A stretch of 63,733 bases of DNA, filler included, from Stramenopiles sp. TOSAG23-2 (Eukaryota): the NCBI GenBank assembly GCA_900128395.1. It is 2 parts of 2 records of this genome, joined end to end, with 100 filler letters (N's around TTAATTAATTAA, not from the genome) between each part and the next. Parts side by side here need not be neighbours in the genome. Positions count along the whole stretch, not along the records: positions 31,938 to 63,733 come from LT649368.1; 1 more part is not named here. One strand, given 5' to 3'. Under the pieces are notes generated by a model that saw only the letters and a list, made by a program, of their open reading frames with translations, searched no databases and was not told the DNA's origin. Each line of letters opens with the position of its first letter. Position 1 is the stretch's first letter. Positions 44,289 through 55,707 of this stretch are shown here, one piece after another. Made by a program: the position numbers and the translations under genes.

Positions 44289-44923
44289 ATATAAGATATA
44301 CTTACATTTTTAATCTCTTGATATTTTTATAAAACACCGAAATATATATGACCCGGTTTTTCTTAGAGAGGATCCTCTCTAGTTTTTCTGAGAGAGACCG
44401 TCAGTTGATAAATAAATATTTAGTATACTGATAAGTACAAATTACACATATTTTACTATCAAACCTCGTGCATTATAATTCCTACTATGATATATATTCT
44501 ACGAAAATCATGAATTTTTGGAAAATTTTATGCATTATTTTTCTGAGGCCAAGAAGATGGCATAAACGCACTCTGGAAATTGAGCTATTCGAACGAATTA
44601 AATATTAAATTAATGCATAATTTAAATATATTTTAATATAATGGTTAAAATCTAAGTTATAATATTTTTACACTTCTCGTGTTAAGTAATATGCTACGTA
44701 TTATATTTAATTAAACATATATGTACACATTATACGAGTATATATTATGATACATATATATATTACAACTCTTCCACAAAATTCTCATCTAGCATTCAAT
44801 TGATGTTGTTTATTTGTCAATGGTACATATCGTACACCCATAATAGATAGGGAGTAAAAGAATTTTATATAACATATGAGTAAGAGAAAAACACATATAT
44901 ATTACAACTCTTCCACAAAATTC

Positions 44924-45926
44924 TCATCTAGCATTATTCAATTGATGTTGTTTATTTGTCAATGGTACATATCGTACACCCATAATAAATTGTTTTGTAA
45001 CTGTTTTACCATCTTCACTTTTATCAATTAAATATATTTCTTGTGAACCATTTTCTGGTCCAACTGGATTCAATTGATGTTGTTTATTTGTCAATGGTAC
45101 ATATCGTACACCCATAATAGATTGTTTTGTAACTGTTTTACCATCTTCACTTTTATCAATTAAATATATTTCTTGTGAACCATTTTCTGGTCCAACTGGT
45201 ATAATCATTCTACCACTAGGTGCTAATTGATCAATTAATGCTTCTGGTATATATGCTGCTGCAGCTCCAACATGCTATGTGTACGGGTTGATATTTTGTT
45301 AGAAATGATAAATTATAGCAATACGGTAGATATGTAGAAAATATTTTACATACAATTGCATCGTATGGTGCATTTGATGCTAATCCATCAAAACCACTAA
45401 CAACTTGAAAACTAACTTTACCTGATTTAATTAAATTAATATCATCATTGTTTGCATTTTCAATAGAAAATTTTACCAATTCATCAATATGTTCAATACC
45501 GAACGCTTTTCCATTTGGTGTCATCCGAGCTAAACAAGACGTTAAATACCCACTGCCAGAACCAACATCTAGTATATTGCTTTTATCTTTTATGTGCGGA
45601 GCAAGATATTCTAATGCATATGCATGCATATGTGGAGCTGAAATGGTAGCTCCGTATCCTAAATACAATGGATTATCATCATATGCTTGAGATTTTATTT
45701 CTTGTGGGACGTAGTGAGCACGGTCAGTCAATAACATTGCTTGCTCTCCAATTTTACTTTTCAATATATTATTCTTTACTAAATTTCCAACTAATTCTGC
45801 ATTGGTTTTTCCACCACAACGCCAAGACATGTCGTTGTATACGTATGATACTGGTAATGTACAGTGAACAAAGGAAAACAATAAGAATATTAATTGAATT
45901 GAAAACCAAAAAAGATTTTTTTTCAT
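44924..45926 (-). CDS. PCMT1: protein-L-isoaspartate O-methyltransferase; two exons (intron 45275-45353); C-terminal 44 aa duplicated
   Basis: GATISAPHMHAYALE, LDVGSGSGYLT, APYDAI|HVGAAA..P..LIDQLAPSGRMIIPVG, MGVRYVPLT; intron GTATGT...TTCTAAC...CATAG. Confidence 0.92.
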
Positions 45927-46080
45927 TCAATGTTGAATTGATTAAAAATTTCACAATATAATATAATTTACTACTAAAAAATGATTTCTGGAACAACACA
46001 CAATAATTAAATATGGATATATTTACAATATGAGTATTTTATAATTATAATAATATAATTGTACAGATGTAAATAAAGTT

Positions 46081-47046
46081 TTAGAAGTGTAGTATATTTG
46101 CGCTGTTATTTATGTTCGCAACGTTTTTCTTTTCACCACCACCTGCAGCACCTGCATCAGCTGGTGGTGGTGGTGGATTGCGTGGTAAATTCCAATCACC
46201 TTGCAATGGTGGTGGTGTATAATAATATGGACTTGATACAGGTAAATTATTTCCCATTCCAGGTTGCATCATTCCAAAAGAATCACGTGGTGTTTGATAA
46301 GGTAAGTATGGTGATTTAGATGCACGACTAGCACCATAATAAGAACGACCACGCCACCATGGTTGATTCAATGGATATTTATACGATGGACCACCCCAAT
46401 AATGATGTGCTGTACCGAAACCGCCACCAGGCATTCCGCCGTATCCAAATAAATGGGATGGATACACTTTTTGACTATATCCTTGCAAAAAAGGGTCACT
46501 ACCAACAGGTGGTGGTGGTTGCCACCACGAATTGTCAAACTCATCTGGACCTAAATACATAGATGGTCTTCCAGCACCTCTACCTCTTCCATATGCTTGT
46601 ACACTTGGCAATCCAAGGGCATTCATACGGGCGGTAACTTGAGTCATGAGCATAGCATTTTGATGTGCTTTTGCTCTTGCATGTGCATGTGTTAACGCTT
46701 GTTGGTGCAACATATCTTTTTCAGTTGTTTTACTATTAAGTTCTACTAACGAGGTATGAGTTAACTGCATATGGTGTTTTGGCAACTTTGCTTCTACTAC
46801 ATTTTTTAAACTTGAGGCTTTTGCATGTTGTTTTGCAATATTATGCAACTTTTCAAGTTTAGTATTTGCATGTGCTTTACTATTAATTCCTACTGCTACT
46901 TTATTATGATTATTTGCATGACTATTTATTTGATGGTTCTTATTATGGTGACTATTAATATGTTTCATATTAACACCATATGTAGTAGAAATAGTTGATA
47001 TTATCAACATTGCCACCAATACTATAATTACATTATTCGATACCAT
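46081..47046 (-). CDS. secreted low-complexity protein (His/Ala-rich then Gly/Pro/Tyr-rich)
   Basis: signal peptide; 321-aa ORF. Confidence 0.7.
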   Translation of the reverse strand: MVSNNVIIVLVAMLIISTISTTYGVNMKHINSHHNKNHQINSHANNHNKVAVGINSKAHANTKLEKLHNIAKQHAKASSLKNVVEAKLPKHHMQLTHTSLVELNSKTTEKDMLHQQALTHAHARAKAHQNAMLMTQVTARMNALGLPSVQAYGRGRGAGRPSMYLGPDEFDNSWWQPPPPVGSDPFLQGYSQKVYPSHLFGYGGMPGGGFGTAHHYWGGPSYKYPLNQPWWRGRSYYGASRASKSPYLPYQTPRDSFGMMQPGMGNNLPVSSPYYYTPPPLQGDWNLPRNPPPPPADAGAAGGGEKKNVANINNSANILHF

Positions 47047-47137
47047 TTTGTTTTATATGTATATATGTATACGTATATCTATATATATATATATATATAT
47101 ATATTCACGTAAATATCTATACACCTATCTATCTATA

Positions 47138-47168
<31 letters not shown>

Positions 47169-47673
47169 GACACTCCAATTGGTGTTTGTTGTGTTCCTTT
47201 AGTGTAATGTATGTGTATATTGTTGTTTGCATTTGATTATTTCTAAATCTTACGATCTCCCCCACTTCTTGTAATTTTTTAAATTCTTTCCTTTTTGCCT
47301 TTTTTTTCCTTTTTCAAGATTTACCTTAATAACATGCCTGAGTAGCTAATGGTATTTGTATAGTACTTTATATAGGAGATAGCGGAGTATAATACTAGTA
47401 TACATATTATATATTGGTGTACAGTATAGACATAGCATTAAGCTGTCGTACGAGGCGATAGTACTATATGTAGCCTCTAAGCCCAGCTAATTTTAAATTC
47501 GTTGGATATTATTGGTATAGCTCACACACTACATAAAAATATCAATCCTCTCACATTTATGTTATTTATGTTTCACTCCACTAATATTTGATTTCATATC
47601 TATTATTGAAACATCAGTCATTTTCGAATATAAATATATTATAATATATAATAATATCAAATTAGATTATAGT

Positions 47674-48321
47674 ATGACAAAATTTTGGGAAATTGGTAAG
47701 AAATCAGTCTGTATACTACGTAATTATGTTGCACATGCAAAAGAATTGAATAATCCATTGCCAAAAAAACCAATCTATTTCATTAAGCCAACCACGGCGT
47801 ATTTGCAGGAAAACTCTGGTCCTATATTGTTGCCAAAAGGTTCGGATGTGCATCATGAAGTAGAACTTGGAGTAGTCATTGGTGAAACTTGTACAAATGT
47901 TGATGAAAATGATGCAATGAAATATGTCGATGGATATGCGTTAACTATTGACATGACTGCACGTGATATACAAACTGAAGCAAAAAATAATTCAATGCCA
48001 TGGACAGAGGCAAAGTGTTTTGATACATTTATGCCAATTTCAACATTTATACCAAAATCACAAATAAACGATCCACATGATATTAATTTGTGGTTAAAAG
48101 TAGATGATGAACTACGTCAAGACGATTCAACTAATTTAATGATTTTTTCAATTCCAACATTAATAAGTGAAATTACAAAATGTATGACATTAGAGAAAGG
48201 GGATGTTATTGCAACTGGTACACCACAAGGAGTCGGTCCTGTAGTTGATGGACAAACAATTAGAGCAGGGATTAAAGGAGTAATCGAAATGAAATTTGAT
48301 GTAAAAGATCGTGGGTATTAA
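47674..48321 (+). CDS. FAHD1: fumarylacetoacetate-hydrolase-domain protein 1 (acylpyruvase/oxaloacetate tautomerase)
   Basis: RNYVAHAKEL, FIKPT, HHEVELGVVIG, DMTARDIQ, PWTEAKCFDTF, TLEKGDVIATGTP.GVG. Confidence 0.92.
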   Translation: MTKFWEIGKKSVCILRNYVAHAKELNNPLPKKPIYFIKPTTAYLQENSGPILLPKGSDVHHEVELGVVIGETCTNVDENDAMKYVDGYALTIDMTARDIQTEAKNNSMPWTEAKCFDTFMPISTFIPKSQINDPHDINLWLKVDDELRQDDSTNLMIFSIPTLISEITKCMTLEKGDVIATGTPQGVGPVVDGQTIRAGIKGVIEMKFDVKDRGY

Positions 48322-48429
48322 ATAGTGTACGCTGTTGTAATTATATATACATGTATATATTAAATAAAACACACAATATTTATTTTCATTTTTACGAAAA
48401 TATATAATATATTTAATCGTATTAGTTTT

Positions 48430-49317
48430 TTACAAATTCCCATCACTCAAAACCATTTCCACTCCAGTAATATCAACAAATTGATGCAATGAACTTTCAT
48501 ATTCTGGAACTGTAATATTATATTTATTTCCTATTGTTGGTGGAACAAATCTGCCTCCTAGAAAATGATTTCCATTAAATTTAGATGCAGTAATTTTTGG
48601 CGCCGTTAATGATATCAATGTCTCCGGTTCTAAACATATTGATTTATTTTCAGGTCGACCATTTTCTACATCCCATCCACTTGGTACATCAACGCTTATA
48701 ATTGGCGTATCTTTGACTAATACTAATTCAGACAATACTTTATCAAATGGGGAACGTATACCACCACCAGCTTTAAAGGAAAACCCAAATATACAATCCA
48801 AAACAATATCATATGAGCTTTCGATACCATCATGGTTTGGTAGTGTATCTTTAATACCAATATTGCATTGCTTACATTGTTCAACTAAATTACTAAACAT
48901 TTCTTTTTTATTTAACTTTGGTATAATAATATCAATTTTCTTGTATTGAAATTGATATAAATGTCTCGCGGCAACTAGTCCATCGCCACCATTATTGCCT
49001 GGTCCAGCAACTACTAATACTCTTGGAAATTCTTTTGGGGGATATTTATATGAAATAATCTGTGCTACTGATAAACCAGCCAATTCCATCAAACTTTCCA
49101 CAGGAAATGTTTTAAACAATTCTTGATCTACTGCAATTGCTTCATGTTGTGTTAAAAATTTCATGCTGCGTTTAATAACGTGTGATTTTGACATGATGGA
49201 TGCTAATAATGTTGTGATAAGAGGAGGGAAATGGTCTTTGTAATTATTCTTATAAAAATAATTTGATATGAAAACAATTAGTATAGCAAATAATATATAT
49301 ATTGTATTCTTGTTCAT
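48430..49317 (-). CDS. NAXE: NAD(P)HX epimerase (YjeF_N)
   Basis: LMELAGLSVA, GPGNNGGDGLVAARHL, DCIFGFSF, SVDVPSGWDV, LISLTAPK, HFLGGRFVP; hydrophobic N-terminal extension. Confidence 0.93.
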   Translation of the reverse strand: MNKNTIYILFAILIVFISNYFYKNNYKDHFPPLITTLLASIMSKSHVIKRSMKFLTQHEAIAVDQELFKTFPVESLMELAGLSVAQIISYKYPPKEFPRVLVVAGPGNNGGDGLVAARHLYQFQYKKIDIIIPKLNKKEMFSNLVEQCKQCNIGIKDTLPNHDGIESSYDIVLDCIFGFSFKAGGGIRSPFDKVLSELVLVKDTPIISVDVPSGWDVENGRPENKSICLEPETLISLTAPKITASKFNGNHFLGGRFVPPTIGNKYNITVPEYESSLHQFVDITGVEMVLSDGNL

Positions 49318-49582
49318 TTATGGTTGGTTTTTGGTCGTTATTATTTCGCGTGTATTATTTTTCTTGTTGTTCAATGGTTATATTGTATTTATATTATTAT
49401 ATTATTTGTATTATTATATATATCGTAATATCCACGGTCAATAAATCTTCTAAATCCACGGTCTAACCTTTTCTCCTCCTCTCACTCACATACTTCATGC
49501 ACAAAAATATATTATACACACACGAATACACTCACAACCACAACCAGAAGAAGAATAAAAGAATTGAATATTTATTTCATAA

Positions 49583-50849
49583 ATGGAAGGACCACTATCT
49601 AATATTGTCGTCTTGGATTTGACGAGGATACTTGCTGGACCATGGTGTACACGGTTATTAAAAGATTTAGGCGCTAAAATTATTAAAGTCGAGCCACCAA
49701 ATGGTGGTGATGCTACACGAACTTTTAAACACCGAATAAATAATCCAACGACAAAAAGGACCGCATCAACTTATTTTGCAACTGTAAATAATGGTAAAGA
49801 ATCTATTTGTTTGGATTTAAAAAATGACGAGGATCGAGCAATATTTGAAAAATTATTAGCACGTTCTGATGTTTTAGTTGAGAATTATCGACCAGGAGTT
49901 ATGGAAAGGTTAGGTTATTCATGGGATTTCATTCATGCACAAAACCAACAATTAGTTTATTGCAGAATCTCTGGCTTTGGCCAAACTGGGCCGTTGTCAA
50001 AATATGGTGCTGTTGATACAATTATCCAAGCAGGTTCAGGCATTTTAGCTGCTACAGGTCATGGTAAAGATATGGGTGGAAATGTCCGTGCGGGTGTCGC
50101 CATTTCTGATATATTAGCAGGTGTCTATGCAGCTAATGCAGTCCAAGCTGGAATTATATCAAGACAATCTACTAATGTAGGAACCATGGTAAGTAAACTA
50201 AACCTAAAAAAAAAAGATGTCCTCTTTACTAACACATCACTCATTTATACGCTACACTCTACAGGTGGATATATCTATGTTAGATTGTTCTATTGCATCT
50301 GCATGCATTCCTTTAGCCCAGTATGGCGGGAGTGGGGAAAATCCACAATTAATAGGCAATCGCAATCCAGTATCGGCTCCATTTGATGCATATACATGCA
50401 AAGATGGCAAACAAGTTGTTATTAGCGCTGGTAAACCGAAAGATTGGAATGCATTATGTCAATTATCACAACAGGAACATTTGCTTGAAGATGAAAAATT
50501 TAAAACCTTTAGTGCACGCGTTCAGAATCATGCAGAATTAAGTGATGCATTAGCACCAGGAATGCTATTATATACATGTGATGAATGGTTGGAAAAATGT
50601 CGTAATTTAAATATTCCGTGTGGTCCTGTGAATAAATCTAGTGATATTGCAAAAGATGAACATGTAATTGCTCGAAATATGGCAATTAAAACAGAAGATG
50701 GTAAATTTTTAGTTAGTGGAAACCCATTTAAATTTTCATCGTTTCCAAACATAGTAACTTCAACGCGACCAAATCCACCAGAATTAAACGAAAATAGAAA
50801 TGATATATTGACTTTTATTAAACAGACAAAAGTGAAGAGTAGAATGTAA
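49583..50849 (+). CDS. CaiB/BaiF family III CoA-transferase; two exons (intron 50189-50264)
   Basis: LDLTRILAGP, DLGAKIIKVE, DVLVENYRPG, ISGFGQTGP; intron GTAAGT...TACTAAC...TACAG joins GTM|VDISMLD. Confidence 0.92.
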
Positions 50850-51886
50850 AAATGGTCTTTGAAAATGCGTATATTAATATGCGCTGATACACACAACACA
50901 CTCTTTTGAAAAAATATTCGGTAAGGTATATATATCGTATTACAACACCATATCATAATGTGTGAGATAGATATATGACTGCCTCAGTTATTGTATAATT
51001 GATGGTTAACCTCAGTTATTGTATGTCACCAGTATTCTTAAATACTAATGATATGAGCTTTGCTTTTGATATGTGTAAATCTGAGATAGTGAAAAAAGTC
51101 ATTTCGGCTAAATGGATATTATTTTAAAATGACCACAGAAGCACAAGGAGCAGCCTTCATTTGGTATTCAAAAGTTGATTTTCAGTAAATTAAAAAATAA
51201 ATTAAAATGCGTACAAAGTAAAATTAATAAAACATACTTCTTCTTACACGACGTATATACTCGTATATCACATATATTACAAATCACGTCATATATTTTT
51301 TATACACACTACACTCTACAACTAAAATAATAAATATAATATTGAAATCGTGTTTGCTGGTTTGCATTCATTTTCATGTTTTACAGTATACAAATTTTGA
51401 TATTGCTTAAATATACATACACATGTGCACATCAGGTTGAATTTGGCGATTTGCACATTTTTCATTTTTTTGATCCAGCAGCACATACCTGGTATTAATA
51501 CTGTACCATCAGGTATAGATATATTTCAGGTACTGTATACGTACAATATAATAGTAGTAAGTCTATCAGAATATTATACATGTAAGCTAAGGTGAAAAAA
51601 AAAGATATTGTATTAGTATACGTATTAGCTAATGCTGTGTTAGTGTAGGTTTTGGCAACTACTTCGCTTTGATGATGAAGAATTCTTCTGTACCAGGTAT
51701 AATTTCAAACAATATTAATTAATATATATTCAATACACAGTATGCACGTATATGTGGCATATTTATATCTATATTTTCATTGAGAAGTAGAACAAGAACA
51801 AATTTATATATATAGATATATATTGCATTTGAGACACAGAATAGTAAAAACAAACACACACATACCCACATATATAAAGAAACAAT

Positions 51887-53275
51887 ATGTCCTTTGCACC
51901 AACATCTGCTACGGCAGATAAAAAAGTCGGTTCACCATCTAGTTATGACGACCCCGACGCTGTTTTTTTCCCCTTTGTTGAAGATAAAATAAAATATGAA
52001 GGTCCAACTTCAATTAATCCATTGGCATTCCGTTATTACAACGCATCTGAAGTTGTCATGGGAAGAACAATGGCAGAATGGTGCCGTTTTAGCGTATGTT
52101 TTTGGCATACATTTCGTGGGAAAGGCGCAGACCCATTTGGATTTCCAACAATTGAACGGCCATGGGATGATGAAACAGATACGCTGGAAAATGCATATAG
52201 AAGGGCACGCGCTGCGTTCGAATTTATGTCAAAATTAGGTGTTGAATATTATGCCTTTCATGATCGTGACGTTGCACCGGAAGGTAAAACAATACAAGAG
52301 ACAAATGATAATTTTGATAAAGTTGTCGACTTGCTGGAAAAATTGCAAAATCAAACTGGAATTAAATTGTTATGGGCAACACAAAATATGTTTTCTGCAC
52401 CAAGGTTTATGAATGGTGCAGCTACAAATCCAGATTTCAATGTATATGCATATGCTGCTGCGCAAACGAAAAAAGCATTGGAAGTTGGCAAACGTTTGAA
52501 AGCATCCAATCATGTATTTTGGGGTGGTAGAGAAGGTTATCAATCTGTATTAAATACAAATGTTCGTAGGGAATTGGATCATTTAGCAGAATTCTTTAAA
52601 ATGGTAGTAGCATTTAATGAGAAGATTGGATTCGATGCACAATTATTAATTGAGCCTAAACCAAGAGAACCGACAAAGCATCAATATGATTATGATGCAC
52701 AAACAGTAATTGGTTTTTTAAAGCATTACAAATTGGATCACAAGTTTAAATTAAATATTGAACCAAACCATACAACGTTAGCTGGCCATGATTATGAGCA
52801 TGACATGTTGGTGGCATCAAAATACAATATGCTTGGAAGTGTTGATTCCAATACTGGTGATCCTTTACTTGGATGGGATACAGATCAATTTCCAATGGAT
52901 ATTAAAAAGTGTGCACTTACTATGCAAATTGTTATTGAGCAAGGTGGCTTAGCACCAGGAGGTTTGAACTTTGATTGCAAAGTAAGACGTGAAAGTACTG
53001 ATTTAGAAGATATGTTTATTGCTCATATTGGAGCCATGGATGCATTTGCAAGAGGATTACGTATTGGTGCAAAAATTATGGAAGAAGGTCGTTTACCAAA
53101 AATGGTTGCAAAACGATATGAATCATTTGATAATGTTGAATTAGCAAAAAAAGTTGAACAAGGAAATGCAACGCTTGAAGAGCTTGAAGCATTTGCAATG
53201 AAAGAAGGAAATGAACCTGTTCAAAAAAGTGCTAAACAGGAATATTTTGAAATGGTATTGAATCAATATATGTAA
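51887..53275 (+). CDS. xylA: xylose isomerase (class II)
   Basis: FWHTF, FHDRDVAPEG, VFWGGREGY, IEPKPREPTKHQYD, NIEPNHTTLAGH, GWDTDQF. Confidence 0.96.
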   Translation: MSFAPTSATADKKVGSPSSYDDPDAVFFPFVEDKIKYEGPTSINPLAFRYYNASEVVMGRTMAEWCRFSVCFWHTFRGKGADPFGFPTIERPWDDETDTLENAYRRARAAFEFMSKLGVEYYAFHDRDVAPEGKTIQETNDNFDKVVDLLEKLQNQTGIKLLWATQNMFSAPRFMNGAATNPDFNVYAYAAAQTKKALEVGKRLKASNHVFWGGREGYQSVLNTNVRRELDHLAEFFKMVVAFNEKIGFDAQLLIEPKPREPTKHQYDYDAQTVIGFLKHYKLDHKFKLNIEPNHTTLAGHDYEHDMLVASKYNMLGSVDSNTGDPLLGWDTDQFPMDIKKCALTMQIVIEQGGLAPGGLNFDCKVRRESTDLEDMFIAHIGAMDAFARGLRIGAKIMEEGRLPKMVAKRYESFDNVELAKKVEQGNATLEELEAFAMKEGNEPVQKSAKQEYFEMVLNQYM

Positions 53276-53493
53276 ACATGGTGATTTGACATATATCTAT
53301 CTATCTGTATATATATATGTACACACACACATGTATGATGCATGCATTTATCACATTTCGTACGTTCGTACTTTAATCATATATATTAATATAAAAAATT
53401 CTCTTATTTATATAAGTTAAAGATTTTATTTTACTCATAATGTTATATTCACTATATAAGTGTAGTTACCAGAAATAATTAATACTAATTACC

Positions 53494-53731
53494 TAAACAG
53501 AATTGCATAAAATGAAAAAGTGTGGGAGAATTATTTATATTGTGTAGGTCCCGGGGAATCAGGAGGTTTCTTTTATATATATTAAATATTACGTATATAA
53601 TATAGATATATGTAAACAGAATTGCATAAAATGAAAAAGTGTGGGAGAATTATTTATATTGTGTAGGTCCCGGGGAATCAGGAGGTTTCTTTTATATATA
53701 TTAAATATTACGTATATAATATAGATATATA
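53494..53731. repeat. 119-bp tandem duplication
   Basis: TAAACAGAATTGCATAAAATGAAAAAGTGTGGGAG...GTCCCGGGGAATCAGGAGG... at 53494 and 53613. Confidence 0.9.
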
Positions 53732-54072
53732 TACTGACTTTTTGATACAAAGTATTAATATACGAAGTATGGTATAATTATATTTTTTATTTAATAGGCG
53801 TTTTATTTAACTTGCGCGCGTATAAAATACACTTTACATTTGCACGAAACAATGGTAAAATGATTTTATCATTTGGTACGAAGCGTTCGTACAAATTTTG
53901 GCACTTTTCGTACTCTTCTTTTTTATTTTAATTTAAACTGCTTTGAAATTGAGAGTGTTATCAGATGAAACCAGACGTCACGTGAGATATAATATTTTTT
54001 GATATTTTTTAAATATTAATAAAAACACCGTGTCTATTTCCATCTACAAAATTAATATGAATAAAATTGAAC

Positions 54073-55515
54073 TTATTCATCATCATCATCAATAAGAATA
54101 ATAGCATTTTGTTTGCTACTTCCTTGTGAAGAAAGATCGTCATTTTGACTTTTCTTTGAAATGACTTGAGTAGCTTCATGATCATTATAATTATCATCAT
54201 CAGAAGAGTCACTATCCTCGCTACTGCTTGAACTACTAAGAATATCGTCAGGATCTTTAGCTTTATTAGCATATGTACGACGATGATTTGAGTTTTTCCC
54301 ATCATGATCATTGTTATTGTGATCTGGATGATCTGGTTTGTTGCTTGCGTCACCAGCATCTGGTGCTAAATCATCATCATTATCTTCTTCTTCACTCTCG
54401 TCGTCATCATCGTCATCGTTTAAATCTTGAATATTTTTGTGATTCATTTTCGATTTTACATATCTTTTTGGTACATCATCATCATCATCATCATCTTCGC
54501 TACTGCTCTCATCATTTTCACTATCACCATTACCACCTTCAATTGTAGAATTTTTATGAGATGTTGGCGTTGGCGTTTTCGGAATTACTTGTGTAAGAGA
54601 CGTGTCATCCTCTTCATAAACTGATACGGAATGGTTTGATTCAACTGGAATTGTTTCAATCGTTGTTTCTTTAACAGCTACTGTTGTTTGGGTAGGTACA
54701 GAAGATTGTTCTTTCATATCTTGATCTTCAACTTCACGTTTACGTTTGCATAATAAACGATTTTTTAAAGTTTTATTCTCTTCTTGTATTGTTTTATTCT
54801 CTTCTTGTATTGTTTTATTCTCTTCTTGTAATTTTACAATAACTGCTTCTTTTTCTTCTAATTTTGCGTTTTTTTCTTCAATTTCGGCTAACATTTTTTG
54901 CGTTTTCTCTTGAGCATTTTTAGCTTGAAGAATTACATCAACTCTTTCATGACATTTTTGAACATTTTCAATAGCTTCCTTGGCAATTTTATCACGTTCA
55001 GAATTTAAGATCATGGCAATTTGTTCTTGTTCAGCAGTAGTTGCAATTTTCGTAGTGGTAATGTCGTTGTTGTTGTTGTTGGTAGTAGTAGTAGTAGATG
55101 TTACTTTTGAAACATTACTATTATTATCAGCGGTTAAGTTCGTGCTTTTGAATTGTACCCCTTCGTTAGCTTCGGTGGGAGAAACATTTTCAATTCGTTG
55201 TTTCTTTTTTGCAGGGCCGTTGGTACTTGTTCCCATTGTTTTAGCAACACGACTGGCAGCAAATGCAACGGTGCTAACACCACCAAATACTAATGTAGCA
55301 TTTCTTACGTAGTTACGTGTATCTTCTGGCATGTTGTGATAAAATTCAGAAGCTGAATTTGCACTAGCAATTGCGACAGGCAAGGCATAATCCTTTATAG
55401 CTGTTGCAGTTGTTTGAATCAAACCACATGCATTATTAGCGACCCATTGACCTGCAACAAATGCTTTGTAACCAGCATCTTTGTAAAGTTTTGCATCTGT
55501 TAATGTCTTAAACAT
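54073..55515 (-). CDS. hypothetical protein with coiled coil and acidic tail
   Basis: 480-aa ORF; QEENKTI repeats; D/E-rich C-terminus ending IILIDDDDE. Confidence 0.7.
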   Translation of the reverse strand: MFKTLTDAKLYKDAGYKAFVAGQWVANNACGLIQTTATAIKDYALPVAIASANSASEFYHNMPEDTRNYVRNATLVFGGVSTVAFAASRVAKTMGTSTNGPAKKKQRIENVSPTEANEGVQFKSTNLTADNNSNVSKVTSTTTTTNNNNNDITTTKIATTAEQEQIAMILNSERDKIAKEAIENVQKCHERVDVILQAKNAQEKTQKMLAEIEEKNAKLEEKEAVIVKLQEENKTIQEENKTIQEENKTLKNRLLCKRKREVEDQDMKEQSSVPTQTTVAVKETTIETIPVESNHSVSVYEEDDTSLTQVIPKTPTPTSHKNSTIEGGNGDSENDESSSEDDDDDDDVPKRYVKSKMNHKNIQDLNDDDDDDESEEEDNDDDLAPDAGDASNKPDHPDHNNNDHDGKNSNHRRTYANKAKDPDDILSSSSSSEDSDSSDDDNYNDHEATQVISKKSQNDDLSSQGSSKQNAIILIDDDDE

Positions 55516-55707
55516 GATAATCTTAAATTTTTTTAATATGTCTCTTTTGAAAATGAAAAATTAGTAAATTTTATAAAAAAATATATTTTTCTTTCTAATT
55601 TTTTAATACGAGTTTCTTTTTGATTAAAACTTTTTACAATGTTTACTTGTATTAGACGATTTTGTTATTGAATGTTATATATGATTATATTTATTCTTTC
55701 TTTTTGT

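Noticed and set aside
51340-51495. Possible small Cys-containing minus-strand exon
   Set aside because: Short, interrupted by stops, and not assignable to any family.
51887-53275. Bacterial contamination or recent HGT of xylA (also cdd, CaiB)
   Set aside because: These families are known in eukaryotes, their composition matches neighbouring genes, and CaiB has a spliceosomal intron.
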